DNA from: the human T2T-CHM13v2.0 reference genome, Homo sapiens
Assembly: GCF_009914755.1 (NCBI RefSeq)
Contig: NC_060932.1
Strand: one strand, 5' to 3'
DNA length: 64,000 nt
Of the stretch, positions 44,891-58,772 are shown piece by piece. The notes beneath the pieces were generated by a model. It ran no database searches, was not told where the DNA came from, and was given only the letters and a program-made list of their open reading frames with translations. Position numbers and translations under genes: made by a program. Position 1 is the stretch's first letter; every line of letters begins with the position of its first letter.

Positions 44891-47668
44891 TAGAGACTCT
44901 GAAGAACCCAGAGAAAAGGTTTATTGGGATAAGTTTAAATAAGCTCTTCCCCCAAACAAGAAGATGAATGTAATAACCTATTGAAGTCTCTGACATCCAC
45001 ATACTTCTAACATTTGCTCAGTGTCCATTTATCCTAAACCACTATTTCATATAAAATGTTCTGGGTTTTTGGAGTTATAATCACATCAAATAAAACTATG
45101 TGTTCTTCATAGCCTTACTTGGTATTTCATTTGATAGGTTTTAATTCCAGAACTTTATATTTACTATTAGAAATAAATTTTGATTTACTTTTATGCTTAC
45201 ACTGGCTTAATAATAGTGTTGGTATTATAAAGCAATAAAGGCTAGTTACTATTACTATCAATACTAAACGAAAAGCTTGTGAAATTATTCCAACAATTCT
45301 TCTTCATCAGGGTAACAATCTTGTGTTGTGACTGCTCTACTTGTTCAAACATATAGCAAAAGCCCTGCACATCACTCCAATTCCCACATAGTCTCTGTTG
45401 GTTTTCTAGAAAAGTAGTGCATTTTGCATCTTCATGCAGCCAGTGGGGAGTAGTGGACACAATAAACATACATATCTATAACAAAAATAGTTGGCACAAA
45501 TGACAGCTAGCCAGATACTCCGGCCAAGTCACCCTCTTTCACCTATGGTTGTATGAATTAAATAAAATGACATAAAGTTCTTAACATAATTCCTTACACA
45601 CAGTAGCATTTAATACATGCTAATTTTCTCTGATATATCTCCTTTCCCTTTTTCCATGATAATTTCATTTCTGTCAACTTCTGGGAAAATAACCCTCATC
45701 CTTATGTTACTTTATCCTTGTGTTGGCCTGCTTGTGTATCTGGTGTTTTTACAAAATTTAGTTTTTACGTTTTCTTAGCTCATACTTTTATCTAATATCA
45801 GCTACTTGCCAACTTCATAATTATTAGAAATTTCCAGATTATCAACCATTCTCATCTTGGAATGCTGGTTATACAGCATTAGTAGATTTTCTTCTATTTT
45901 TTCCACTTACTATTTCAGCAAACTAGGTAGCAGCAAAAGCAGATTCCACCAGTCTCCAAATATTTATGTGTATTCATGCTGCTCTTGATCCAAAGGTCTA
46001 TCTGTCTCTAGGATCCAGCAGATGGAGTAATCACTGCTGACAGATGTAAGAACTCTCGAGCTGGCCATGAACTTGGCTGGGCCTTGAAAGATGAGTATGA
46101 TTCTGCAAAATAGAGCTAGTAAGGAAGAACAGGCAGGGTGTGTGCTAAGATGGCCAGAAATTATATATTAAAAAAAAAACAGGGCTTTGCTAGAGCAATG
46201 CTACATTGACTATTGTTACTATGTTCTCTTTTACGAAAGGCCCCAAATCAGTCTTTACTAATAATGGGCATGGGGACCACAACACATATTAATAGGTTAA
46301 ACCAAAAGATCAGGCAGCGGGATGGCAATGGGAATGAGCAGAGCACTGTGGAGGTCATGGACAAAATCTACTACAGCACAAGCGCCTCTTCAACCTTTGG
46401 TAAATGTTTCAACCATAAAAGCTGAAAGCTGTAGTTTAGTTTAGAAAATAATTGCAATTCTAGATTCTAGCTGAAGGGCTCATAAAAGCTTCTCTTTGGA
46501 GATTAATATCACCATGATGTATTTGGCTTTAAAGTGCTTCTTTAAAAAAGAAAATCTAGAGTCTGGGTGAATATATTCAGCTTGCATGAAGGTAAGAAAT
46601 ACTCTTCAAATGTTATACTCATTAATACGGATGCATTTTATTGTGAAAATTTCTGATATATGAAATGAGATGTTGACATACGAATATCTCAATTTACCAA
46701 AAAATTATATTGAGGGAGCATACGTAATTGTTTCCTAAAAGTTGGAAAGCATTTTTTAAATTGTGAGAATCCCTACTGTGATCACTTACACGTATTAGAT
46801 ACCCATGCATCCATCAGATGAATTAGAGCTCTTGGCTAATAGTGGTAAGGTGGACCATCTACTTTAGGAAGGTGGCATTGTGCAGTGGAAAGAACACAGG
46901 AGATTATTTCTAAGCTCAGGTCCTCAACTGAGTAGAATCAGCTTGGGGAGGGTCCTACATGCTGTAAGACTCTGTTTTTTCATATGTTGAATTAGAGTTG
47001 GACCAAATGAAATGCCAGGTTTCTTCCAGTTCAAAAAATACATACAAGGAAGTGACTAAATGTTCAGGAGTTCCAAATGGAAAAAGAAGATTAGGAACCA
47101 CCTCCTGGAGAGAGTAGAATTGGAAATGGACATTGGAGGATACATCCTCAAAATGGGTATGTTGAGTTTGTGTTCCAGGAGAGCAGTTCAATCTACTGTA
47201 AGTCTACAACTCTGAAAGTTGGGAAACGTGGAGCCTTTAGGGGAACAGCAAGTGACCTAGTTTGGCTAGAACAGGAAGAATATGCAGAGAACAGGTGTGG
47301 ACATGCAGGTTGGGACCACACCGTTCATTTACTCAGCAAATATTTATGAAGCACTTGTTTGGTGCCAACACTCTCCTAAGCGTAGGATACCATGGTGGGC
47401 ATGACAGGCAGGTCTCTTAGGGGAGTTCATAGTCTATTGGAGAAGAAAGGCTGTTTAACAGCCCTGATAGGAACATACAGCAAGAACATCTAATCAAGCC
47501 TGGAGGTGGGCAGCCGTTGAAGAAGTCCTGTTTAAACTGAAACCTAAAGGTTGAATGCATGTCAGCAGGTACTATTTAAAAAGCTATTCCAAGCAGTGAA
47601 GTATCTGCCTTACTTAACCCTTTATATCTAAATATTGTTAACCAAATTTTGCACCTTATGTCCAGTAG

Positions 47669-48031
47669 TGATATAGTTTGGCTGTGTCCTCACCCAAATC
47701 TCATCTTGAATTGTAGCTCCCATAATTCCCACATGTTGTGGGAGGGACCTGGTGGGAATTCACTGAATCATGGGGGTAGTTTTCCCCATACTATTCTTGT
47801 GGTAGTGAATAAGTCTCATGAGATCTGTTGGTTTTATAAGGGAAAACCCCTTTCACTTGGTTCTCATTTTCTCTCTGGCCGCTGCCATGTAAGAAGTGCC
47901 TTTCACCTTCTGCCATGATTGTGAGGCCTTACTAACCACGTGGAACTGTGAGTCCGTTAAACCTTTTTTTCTTTAAAAATTACCCAGTCTCAGGTATGTC
48001 TTTATCAGCAGCATGAAAATGGACTAATAGA
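47669..48031 (+). mobile_element. THE1 solo LTR
   Basis: tgatatagtttggctgtgtcctcacccaaatctc...ggactaataga; 5-bp TSD agtag at 47664 and 48032. Confidence 0.92.
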
Positions 48032-50174
48032 AGTAGCCAGTAAAAATGAGTCTCTGGCCCTTCAAATAATTGAAATTGGCATGCAAAAGAAGTGTATTTA
48101 CCATCCCTTGTCTAGGAGATACTATGCCAGATACAGCATGTTATTTCTTTATTTTTAAATACACAAAAACATACAATTATGGTTTTAAAAAGGCTCACCA
48201 ACAGTACTTGTTAAAGTTAACAAATAGAATGCCAACAACAAATTCTTTAAGCTTAGCCAATTTTTAATAAAATGAGTTTGTTTTTTAAACTAACATATGG
48301 AACTTATGTGGTGAAGCAGCTTCTAACTATGTTTTCAGTGCATAATGAGAGCCCAGAGGTAGAAGGCTATCCATTTTACGTTGTGAGTTTCTTTAGCAAG
48401 ATTTAAGAGTTGGGGTATCTAATGAGAAAAGTCTGATGGTTGGTTTCATCTAAGATTAAAGTTTTACAGGAAAAATCGAATTGATGGCAATTGCAAGAAG
48501 GGATCTAGGCTAAATAGAAAAGGATGGAAGGCAGAGAGTTGCTGATATCATGGGAGAAATAGGAGATATCCAGGAGCGAACAATTTCAATGAGAGAAGAT
48601 TGAGTTGGAGAGAGAGCAAGAGGAATAAGAAACAAGCATAAACAGAGAAGGTGGCCGAGAAGTGGGATGTTAAGCTTTAAAGTGTCAGGAAGGGGACATT
48701 TCTTGGGGATGGCAAAGTTTAGGGTGAAGCCATGGGAGTGGGTGGCCGAAAACAATGACAAACAGCAAGTAGCTTTAAGGATGTGATGTTACTGAATCCT
48801 TACATGGATAAATAGGTCATCCAAGATGATGGTGGAAATAGGGGTGGGGTCAAAGCTTTAAGCCATATGTGAGAATTTTCAAAGGATGCTGGCAATTTTC
48901 TTCCAACTGGAAACCAAAAAGTAAGTAAGCAAATCCCAGCAATAGGGAGGATGCAAGAATCAGATGTGATAATCAGCCTAAAATCCCCTGGGGAAGGGAG
49001 AAGAAGATTGTCTAGAAATAAGAATAGAGAGTGTTAGAAATATAGGCACTTGTTTCCAGGATGAAGATGTGTAGAGGCGAAGAGGTAAGATGAGGCAGAG
49101 TCCTGAGGAAGAGGTGGGTTCTACTTAAGGAAAGATCTTCTGAATATGGAGTGAAGGGCTTGAAAGGGTAAGGTGGGAACAATGGAAATAAATGACTAGA
49201 GACTCAAAAGCACAAAGATGGGTTTGGGAACCCAGAGACTAGAATGGTAATGCAGAAATAGAAGAAAAACTGCAAAGCTTGAGCTAACGACAGTGGTGAA
49301 GGATGGCAGGGATAGAGGTCTTGGTGTTAATTAGCTGATTTTAAAACTCTTGTTAGAATTTGGAGGTAAAAATATTTCTCAGTTGATCCAGACAGGAACA
49401 CTGAGTTATGGCTGAAGCCAGACAATGATCTCTGCCCTGTGGCCGACTTCCTGTCTTAAAAGATGAGCTGCCTCATGTGGTAAGGTGGACATGGCCGGGC
49501 AAGAGTCACGGTGACTCAGAGGTCTATGGAGACACAAACAAGTTTGTGGATAAAGAAGTGGCACCTTATTTAAGAATACTAAGTGGGGTCAGTTTGGCAT
49601 TCACTGGATCAGCTGGAATGAATGTGTTTTTCTGGGCTCGGATTCAGGATCAGATGCCATTCTTAGCATGCAGCTAGAGTGGAAGCCAAATGGACCAGGA
49701 GGTGGTGAAGGGAGAGCTGGGTGTGTGTAGAAAGAGAAGATAAATCATCCTACAATTTGTTGCACACACAGGGCACAAGAATTCTGTGTAGCCATGAAAA
49801 GCCATAATACTGGGACCAGATCCCTGTCACTTTTGGCGAGAATTCCTAAAACATTACCCAGTCCTTTGATTGCATAACTGGATGTGATTAAGGCAGCAGG
49901 ACAAAGAGTGGTATGAACTGATACAATCATGACTACATTCACATTGAGAACTTAAGCCACTTAGGTGCATGTCCTTTAAAGATTAGTTATTAACCAGTGT
50001 ATGAATGTCAGCAACAAACTATTGTAACTACTCAAGAGAAGCAAACCCCCTTGACCGCAGCCAAACGCAAAACCTAGAGTGAACACATTCTACCTGTTTC
50101 TCCTCTCTCCTTAGAACAGCAATCTGAAGAGGCTGGTGGTGAGTCGCTAAAGGGGAGAGCCATGTCCTGAATAG

Positions 50175-50549
<375 letters not shown>

Positions 50550-53268
50550 TGAAGAATCCTTAGTGTTCAGTTTTCCTCTCAGCATGGAATCTTTCAGACT
50601 ACAGCAAACCAAACAAATGTCTCACTGAATTCAACAAAAGATAAGAAAACGAAACCTGGAAAAACCTCAGATCACAATTGACCTTTTAAACTAAGAAAAG
50701 ATGACTGTGCTGTATAAAGGCTAAATAATAACAATGCAAATAGCAACCAAATGTTACCCTCTAGAGGACAATGGCATCATGACATTAATAATACACATAA
50801 CAGACTGGGAACATAGGGCAGGTTTTCTTTGCAGGGAGTGATTTTTCCTTGGCTTTCATACTGCAAGAAGATGAGTACATAATTCTGTTTCTCAATGGTA
50901 GCCTTTTCTCCCAAACCTATTCAGTTATTTAGCGTGGTAATCTATTCAGGTATTATTCAAACAGTGTACGTAAAGGTAGGCGAGAAAATGTAATGGTAAA
51001 ACTCCAAAATTTGATATCAGAATAAAGTTATTGTCCCCATTTTGGGGTCTATTTATAGCTTTTTTATTTCAATTCAAATTACAGCTGCATGAAGCTTGTT
51101 TTTTCAATGATAATAAAAATGTATTTAGTATTTTATATTGTTCCTTTTAAAAATAATACCTGAAAGAGAAAGTGCTCAAAGAAAACCACTTAAAGGAGAT
51201 GTCATATTTTCCAGGTCCTCTCATCTTGTAAGATAGATGGCACACAGCCCCCGTCTGCCACCTTTAAGATGGGTTCTCACAAGAAAAAAGGAGAGGATTT
51301 TAGTAAAGTGAAGTGAGAATCTGGGTCAAGAAACGTCCTTGGCCACCAAATTCAGTGAATGTCTAACTTCAGAATTTTCAATTTTATCTAAAAGAATCAC
51401 AATTACCAAAATTATGACCTGTTTCAAAACATTTCCATGGAAATGTTTTAAATATACTATATATATAAAGTTAAATATATTTTATCTAATATGGAAATTT
51501 TTCCTTATATTTAATTTAATAGACTTCTTTTCTCTTATTCTTGATCATTTTAACTTAATCCTTCCAGATGCAATTAAAGCCCATTTCATCTACTTTGGTA
51601 ATTAGTAAACAAAGGGAACACCTGACAATATTTCTTTCCTAGGCTGTGCAACTTTTCGTTGTTATTAGTTATATGGTAATGTGAATGAAAACTCAAATGA
51701 GAAACTTAGCCAACATGAAATATTATTGCATAAACCTTGATTTATCTTTGATGCCTTACTCTGTCTCCATTTTTATACTGTCAATTAGGAATTTAATAAT
51801 GAAAATAAATTCCAATTTCTATCAGCTCTCAAGGTTGGTGTGTTAAAGTCCATTTAAGCTAGTATTGTGACTATCCATATTCAAAAGTAGTTGATTCTTA
51901 TCAACCATTTTCATACCAGACACAAAACTTTATATAATACATTTTTGTTTTTCATCTGCCTTTTACAGCACTAGTTATTTTGAAGTCTTTGGAGATCTCA
52001 GACATCTGTTTTCCAGGCCCTAAAGCTAGGATTGCAAAAGCGTTGATTTTTGGAGAACAATTATTTTCTAAACCCTGGTTTTTATCCAAGAATTATTTTC
52101 TCCATGAAACAGTAATCATGAAATACTTTTCCCAATAAAAATCATTCAATAATATACCGGGAACTTTATAACCATTTATTACTACAGAGGGGGGTAATTC
52201 AAACCAATGAAGCACCATCCTCACTTAACCTCTTTTCTAAAGATGATTCCACAATTATAAAACATCTTTCCACATTTGGACTTAGAAAATAATTATACAG
52301 ACAAATACAGATAAGGATTAGTTAAGAGCATGGGGTTTTGCATTCAGAAGGTTTGAATATTTTCTCTTTCATTTACTAAGCTGCCTGATCTTAACTTCCT
52401 TCATCAAAGAAATGAAAGAATATTGGAAATCCAATGGTGCTGGCAAGGAAAAAAATACCATAAAGTATATAAAATACTTAGCCCAGCAGCACAGTGAGCA
52501 TTTAACAGATGGTAACTCTTTATGTCAATTGAGTCATATTGGTTCAGTTGTAATCATTACTTTTTTTTTCTTTTTTAGTTTCACTTATAAAACTAGCCCC
52601 ATGCAGTAAGAACTTTAGAAATGAACACAGAATAGAAAAAGTGACTCTGTAAAATGACAAATCCAAAGAATAGAATATTTATAAGAGCTCTATTAGGAAA
52701 TGATGAGGGCGGAGCTAAGAAAAGCAGAATCTACAATCAAATCCAAAGGGTGAAATGCAAGCCAAAGAAGACGCAAAGTCTGATGAGGGTTGGCAATGGC
52801 GCACCAGGAATACGGCAATGAGCAAAGCTGGTTTGAATCTAGCAAATTCAGTCTAGCAGGTTCATTTGCTACAAGTAGACTGGAAGGCATGTTGCTTTTT
52901 CATTTTTTCTTCTTTTTAAATAAAAATGTTTATTGGACATTAACTGCATGGTGTATAGGCATATTGGTCTGTTTTAAAAGTAGACAATAAAGAATTTGAG
53001 TTTTATTCTGTCACAATTGAAATGCACACACAAAGTAAGTCTTGAGCAAGAGGACATGAGATCAGAACTTTAGAAACATTCATTTGGCAATAAGATATAG
53101 GCTCAATGTAAGGCCACGCTTCATTAGCTAGAAGTAACAATTCAAGACAGAAGGCATGAAAGCCTGAATTGGGGAAGTAAATATAGAACTGAAAAAGAAG
53201 AAAAAATAAGGAAATTCATCTTGAAAGCAGAATTGGAATAGATTGGCAACTGGTTGGATATAGGAATT

Positions 53269-53312
53269 TCTGATTTATCTGATTATCTGATTTATCTGAT
53301 TTATCTGATTTA
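53269..53312. repeat. (TCTGATTTA)n short tandem repeat
   Basis: About five 8-9 bp units read directly. Confidence 0.85.
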
Positions 53313-56139
53313 TTTTTTATAATTCTTAAAGACACATTCAATAACTGTGGAATATTTTGTCTTTTACATGCTTTGCCTAACTGCTCTCCTTCCTGGTTGG
53401 AGTTCAAAAGCCAAGATTTTGTGGTGTTACACTATGACCAGGTATTGCATATGCCCCATATACAAGTATCAATGCCATGAGCAGAGAAACCTAGAAAGAA
53501 AAATAATCAACACAATATGCCATTTAATATTAATTCAGCAAAGTTTATATAGTGTTTTCTTTGTTCCTCCTTTCCCTTGAAGTAAGATTTTTGGTTTTGT
53601 GGTGCCCTGTCAATCATATGGGGTTCCTGAAAATGAGGATCAGCTTTCTATTAAACTTTTGCAGGCTTTCTGTTATCTACCTGTGTTGTATTGGGCTCTG
53701 ATCTCCAGGGCGCTGACCCCTGAGACACACAGCTATTCAGTTTCTAATCGATTTCAGCAGTATCCATCCAATACTTTAACATACCACAGAATGTTGCCGA
53801 TTTCTATGTTGTGAGCACGAGGGGATCTTAGTTTCATTTTCTCATCATTACTGTATTTCCTCCCGTCTCTCCCTATGGCTTTTTCCCTTTTGAAGACTTT
53901 TGCTCTCATTTAAACCCCCAAAGATTTCTCTGCCCCATAAGTTCCGTTCCCACTTCTTTCTAACCTCTATAGTCTTCTACCATACTCAGATGCAACCATT
54001 TCCCATGTCATTTACAAAAGTCTATTAAAAATCATTTGGACTTGAAATCAAGTTTGGACTTGAAATGCTGATTTAAATCCATGCAAAACATGTTATGCTT
54101 CATAGGGAAATCCTCCAGCAAAGGGATTGAGTCCAGAGATCAGAGACAGCTGCCTGCAGTTGCATGGCCACTTCCCAGGATGGTCATGTTGCCTGCAGAT
54201 GGTGCCTTGATTGCTGTGTGTTTACTTTAGTGGAATAAATGTGGGCCCTGAACCACAGGCAAGTTTTGATTCCTCTCATTTCTGAAGTGACAAGAAAATG
54301 TTTTCTGTGTCTCAAAACAATGCTGCTGGTCCCCTGAGACTAGTTGGAGAGTGCAACTCTGGCCACTTTAGATTTTCATTCTTATGAAGTGTAACTGCGG
54401 GGTTCAGAAAAGACCACTTTATGTATTTATTTATTCATGCCTTCCTTCATTTATGAAAGCCATCACCCAGTTCTGCCTAAATTTATTAGCCTGTTTGAAC
54501 TGTGAAATAGTTCATGTTTACTGGCTGAATGGAAAAATGAGAAAAAAAATAAGTAAATAAATAAAGATTTCATTAGTAGAAATGGGTTTGAATTGAACTG
54601 TGATTTATCTTGGCCATGAGCAAGAGACAATTATTTTCTAAACCCTGGTTTTTAGTCACCTGTCTCATACAAGTGACACCAAATTCTGCTCTAGTGGAAC
54701 CTAGCTAGGGAAGCCTCAACAGGCAAGTTATAGCTTTGAAAACAGAGTGTGTTTGCTTCCTTTGTTCCTTCTCTAGGGTAATGGCCTAGGATTGTATGAA
54801 GAGTGCTGCTAGGACAGTTTAGTTTCCTGGGTGACGGAGCCCAGGTCCCTTCCATTTAAAATACTTTGTGGATAATATTTCACACAAAATCTTCTGTTTC
54901 TCAGGATTCTCTGAAAAATACTTGACAGCAGCATAGCTAGGCATTGTTTATTTTTCCCTTCAGACACTTCAGTGCAGAGTGAAAAGGAGGGCCACAGCTT
55001 CAGATTCAGGCACATTGTCTGTAGTAGTGATGGTTTCATTTGTTTATTTTGGAGCGTGTAGGCCAAGCTATTCCATAGGCTTTCCTGAATTTTCTTCCTT
55101 GTCTCCATAACAGAATATTCTGTTTCTGTGCCTGTATGCTTTTATTGCTTTATACACAAGTCACCTACAGCATCTATCACTTCATGTTCTAGTTATCCAC
55201 TTACACAATACAGAAAAGCCTTACTACTGATTCATGTAGCATGGAATTTACAAATAAATGAATTCTCCATCCTAATTACAGTGTGCAAGATAATGATGAC
55301 AAAAGAATATGTTTCTTCATAGTTCAAGACTAATAACGGGTCTGTGCATTCAAATTTAGCTGTAGAAAGATACTGTATTTCTCTTTATTAAGATGTATTC
55401 GACTTCAGGTGCACATCTCTCCATTTTTCAAAGTAAAGAATGCAATATGAACTGATGTCTGCTCCATAATACAGATTGGAATTTCTCAAAAAATTTCCAT
55501 CATAACAGTCACTCTCCCTGAAGAGCACTAGAGTTAATAGAAAAACTGAATCCAAATCTCAACTATTATATTTCGGAGCTTTGTGATCATGGACGAGTGT
55601 TTGAATCTTAGTTTTCTCATCTTTAGAAGAGATCTGCAACAGGAACTGGCATATAAGATTAATATAAGGGTCAAATAAGAGTTTACATGAAAGTGCTTAA
55701 AACCATAAGGCATTACGTAAGTATCTGTTTTTGAAATAGTTGAGCAAGCATGGGTTTTTAGCATCGTGCTCTGCAAAAAGTGTCTAGTTCTTGTATCTTC
55801 TGTGATATGCAAATAAAAGTTGATCTTTCAGGATACTACATTTCCAAAAACTATATTTATTCAGAAAAAAAGTAGATAAGCATTCAGAAATTTTTAGGAA
55901 GGGAAAGGGAATGTCGACTTTATTAAAAATATTTGGTAATGCTGTAATTCAATGGTTTGTATATTCTAGCTGTTGTCATCTTCTCAATTTCATATCCAGA
56001 GTCAGACATTTAGCAAACTGGAAGGCCTGTTTGTTTCTTTTTGAATTTTTTTAAAAGGTAATTTTTCTCTATTAAGGCATTACAAATCTGATTTAATTGG
56101 TTCACAAAATGATTTCTTTAAAAAACAGAAAAAAAAAAC

Positions 56140-56425
56140 GGCTGGGTGTAGTGGCTAGCCCTTGTGATCCCAACAATTTGGGGGGCAGGAGGATCACTTG
56201 AATCCAGGAGTTCAAGATCAGCCTGGGCAACATAGCGAGAACCTGTCTCTACAAAAAATTTAAAAAATTATCCGGGCATGGATGTGTGTGCCTGCAGTCC
56301 CAGCTACTTGTGAGGCCGAAATGGAAGGATCACTTGAGCTCAGGTGTCTGAGGCTGCAGTGAGTTATGAATGCATCACTGCACTTCAGCCTGGGCAACAG
56401 AGTGAGACCCTGTCTCAAAAAAAAA
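56140..56425 (+). mobile_element. Alu (AluJ-like)
   Basis: Diverged Alu dimer with A-tail. Confidence 0.9.
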
Positions 56426-56739
56426 GCTGTGGTGATTATATTTCATATATAATTCAAACACTGAATTTATGTTTGAAATGTTTGAAAATACACTTACCAA
56501 ATTTAAAACCAAAATGTATCATAACTAAGAATCTTTCCGTGGGCATCCATTGCTGGAAAATCACTTTATTTATTGTATATATGCACATGTTAATTTGAAT
56601 TTATTTTAAAATCACTGTTAAACTCACATAGTATGTACTTACCTCTAACTGGTGAACAAAAGAAATGGCACTTGGTTTTCACCTAAAGATATTGCCAAGT
56701 AGAACTTTTTCCATAAATACTTCCAACCGATGTTTCATT

Positions 56740-57163
56740 TTATTCATGGCATTTGGACTGAGCTCCTGCACTAGGCCTCAACAGACCAAACTGAAGCAAA
56801 ATGGAGTCACTCACGCTAAATGCCACATAATCAAATGGAAACTTCAAGGAATCAAATCGATCCCTAAACACATCAATTTTTGTCTGGAAACAGGAGACCC
56901 CAGTTTACCTGAATAGGTGTAATAAGGAAGTCCCCTCTGCTTAAACCCTTACCATAAAGTAACCTGAAGTAACTTGACGTTTACCAATCAGCTTTTTTTC
57001 TTTTGTTAGTTTCCTTGTTCCCACCTTCCAAACTCACTGTTCTGAAATTGCCCAGTGGGAGTTCTCATTCTATTTTGTAGAATGAAGGCTACCCCGATTC
57101 ATGAATTGCAAATAAAAGCCAGTTAGATTTATAACTAAATTTGTTGTAATTTTGTCTTCTGAC
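56740..57163 (+). mobile_element. ERV1-like solo LTR, subfamily unassigned
   Basis: ggactgagctcctgcactaggcc...aaaatggagtcac...accaatcagc...aataaaagcc...ttgtcttctgaca; CCAAT, poly(A) signal and CA end. Confidence 0.6.
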
Positions 57164-58410
57164 AGTTCAGCGGATGTTCCTTTTGTGAGTTCAGCCTGAT
57201 GTTACTTTCCTTCAGCCTTGCCGCTTTGTGAGGAGGTGGTCTCTTTCTTATGCCTTCTCTTCTTAGAAAGAGGGTGAAGGGCAGCAACACTGATTACTGT
57301 TACTCAGTTTGTGAAATGCTCAGAGTTCCTCTGAGCTGGGAATCAAATTGCAAAGAACACCATGACCTTCACGAAAGTCCGAGACACAGAGCATGGCACC
57401 ACCATGGAAACCAAATGAAGCTCAACCCAAGGTCCTCAGAGAGGGTCCCATGTTGCCATAGCAATCTGGTTTTCCCCATTCTGAGGTGACCCCTACTGTC
57501 CTGATCCCACTTCAGCCTTTGTCTTCATTGATCCTGATATTTGTGGCATAGGACCCTGTGGAGTGGCTTCTTTTTTGAAATTACTTTGTCACCAATCTTT
57601 CCAGGTATTTAGCTTCAACTTTTGCCTAAGTGAAAACATTCAAATCAATTTCCAAGATGATTCTTTCCTCATGTTCAGTCCAATTGCTTCCTTTACTTTT
57701 CTCTTTAACAAGTCAAACTCCACCTGTACAAAAACAGATACAGATGTAGCTCCAAGTCTCAGCCATGTCTTTTCTATCTCCTGTCATGGTTCCATGTGTA
57801 ATCTCTTCATGGTTTCTGCCTAAGTTATTAAAATCTCCAATTTGGAGTCATTTTCCTTTTTAAAACTTAAACATTGCTATCAAAAAGATTTTCCTAAAAC
57901 ACATAAGATCACTTGGTAGTCCTTATGTAAAAAATTTTCCATGGCTCTCTGTTTTCCTTTTGAGTTAATCAAAGTACTTATGCTGACATTCAAGGCCTTC
58001 ATTCTCTAATCCTTAACTGGCTTTACCTTGGTTAATCTCCTACTGCTCCTCTATAGAAATCCTATGCTGATACCAAAGTCGACTGTCTTTTGATGCATGT
58101 GCTCTATGCTTTCCCACCCTCATTCCCTTAGGCATTATGTGTTTCCCATGCTCTCTGCCTAAAATAATACTACCATGTTGATGACACGATCTCCACAAAG
58201 CCTTCCTAATTCCCTTCAGTCATTTTCTCTTCTGAATTCCCATGGCTTTGTGTTTGAGACTCTTCATAGCACTACTATATGCTCTTCCCTTAAATGTATT
58301 GCTACATACATCCCATAACACTACTACATTGTAAGGCCTTGGAGGGTCAGAGTTGCTTTCCTCATTTGGCAGCTCCAGAAGCACCCATCACTATGTTGTG
58401 CTCTGGACAC

Positions 58411-58772
58411 TGTATTAGTCCATTTTCATACTGCTATGAAGAAATACCTGAGATTGAGTAATTTATAAAGAAAAAGAGGTTTAATGGACTCACAGTTCCA
58501 TATAGCTGGGGAGGCCTCACAATCATGGCAGAAGGTAAAGAAGGAAGAAATCACAGCTTACCTGGCATCAGGCAAGAGAGCTTGTGCAGGGGAACTGTCC
58601 TTTATCAAACCATCAGATCTTGTGAGACTTATTCACTATCATGAGAACAGCATGGGAAAACCCATCCCTGTGATTCAATTACTTCCCACCGGGTCCCTCC
58701 CAGGACACATGGGGATTATGGGAACTACAATTCAAGATGAGACTTGGGTGGGGACACAGCCAAACCATATCA
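58411..58772 (-). mobile_element. THE1 solo LTR
   Basis: tgtattagtccattttcatactgctatgaagaaatacc...gggacacagccaaaccatatca; TSD gacac / gaccc. Confidence 0.92.

Noticed and set aside
52057-54654. 28-bp repeats as TSD of a 2.5 kb retrocopy
   Set aside because: No poly(A) abutting either repeat, no ORF, and no terminal repeats inside.
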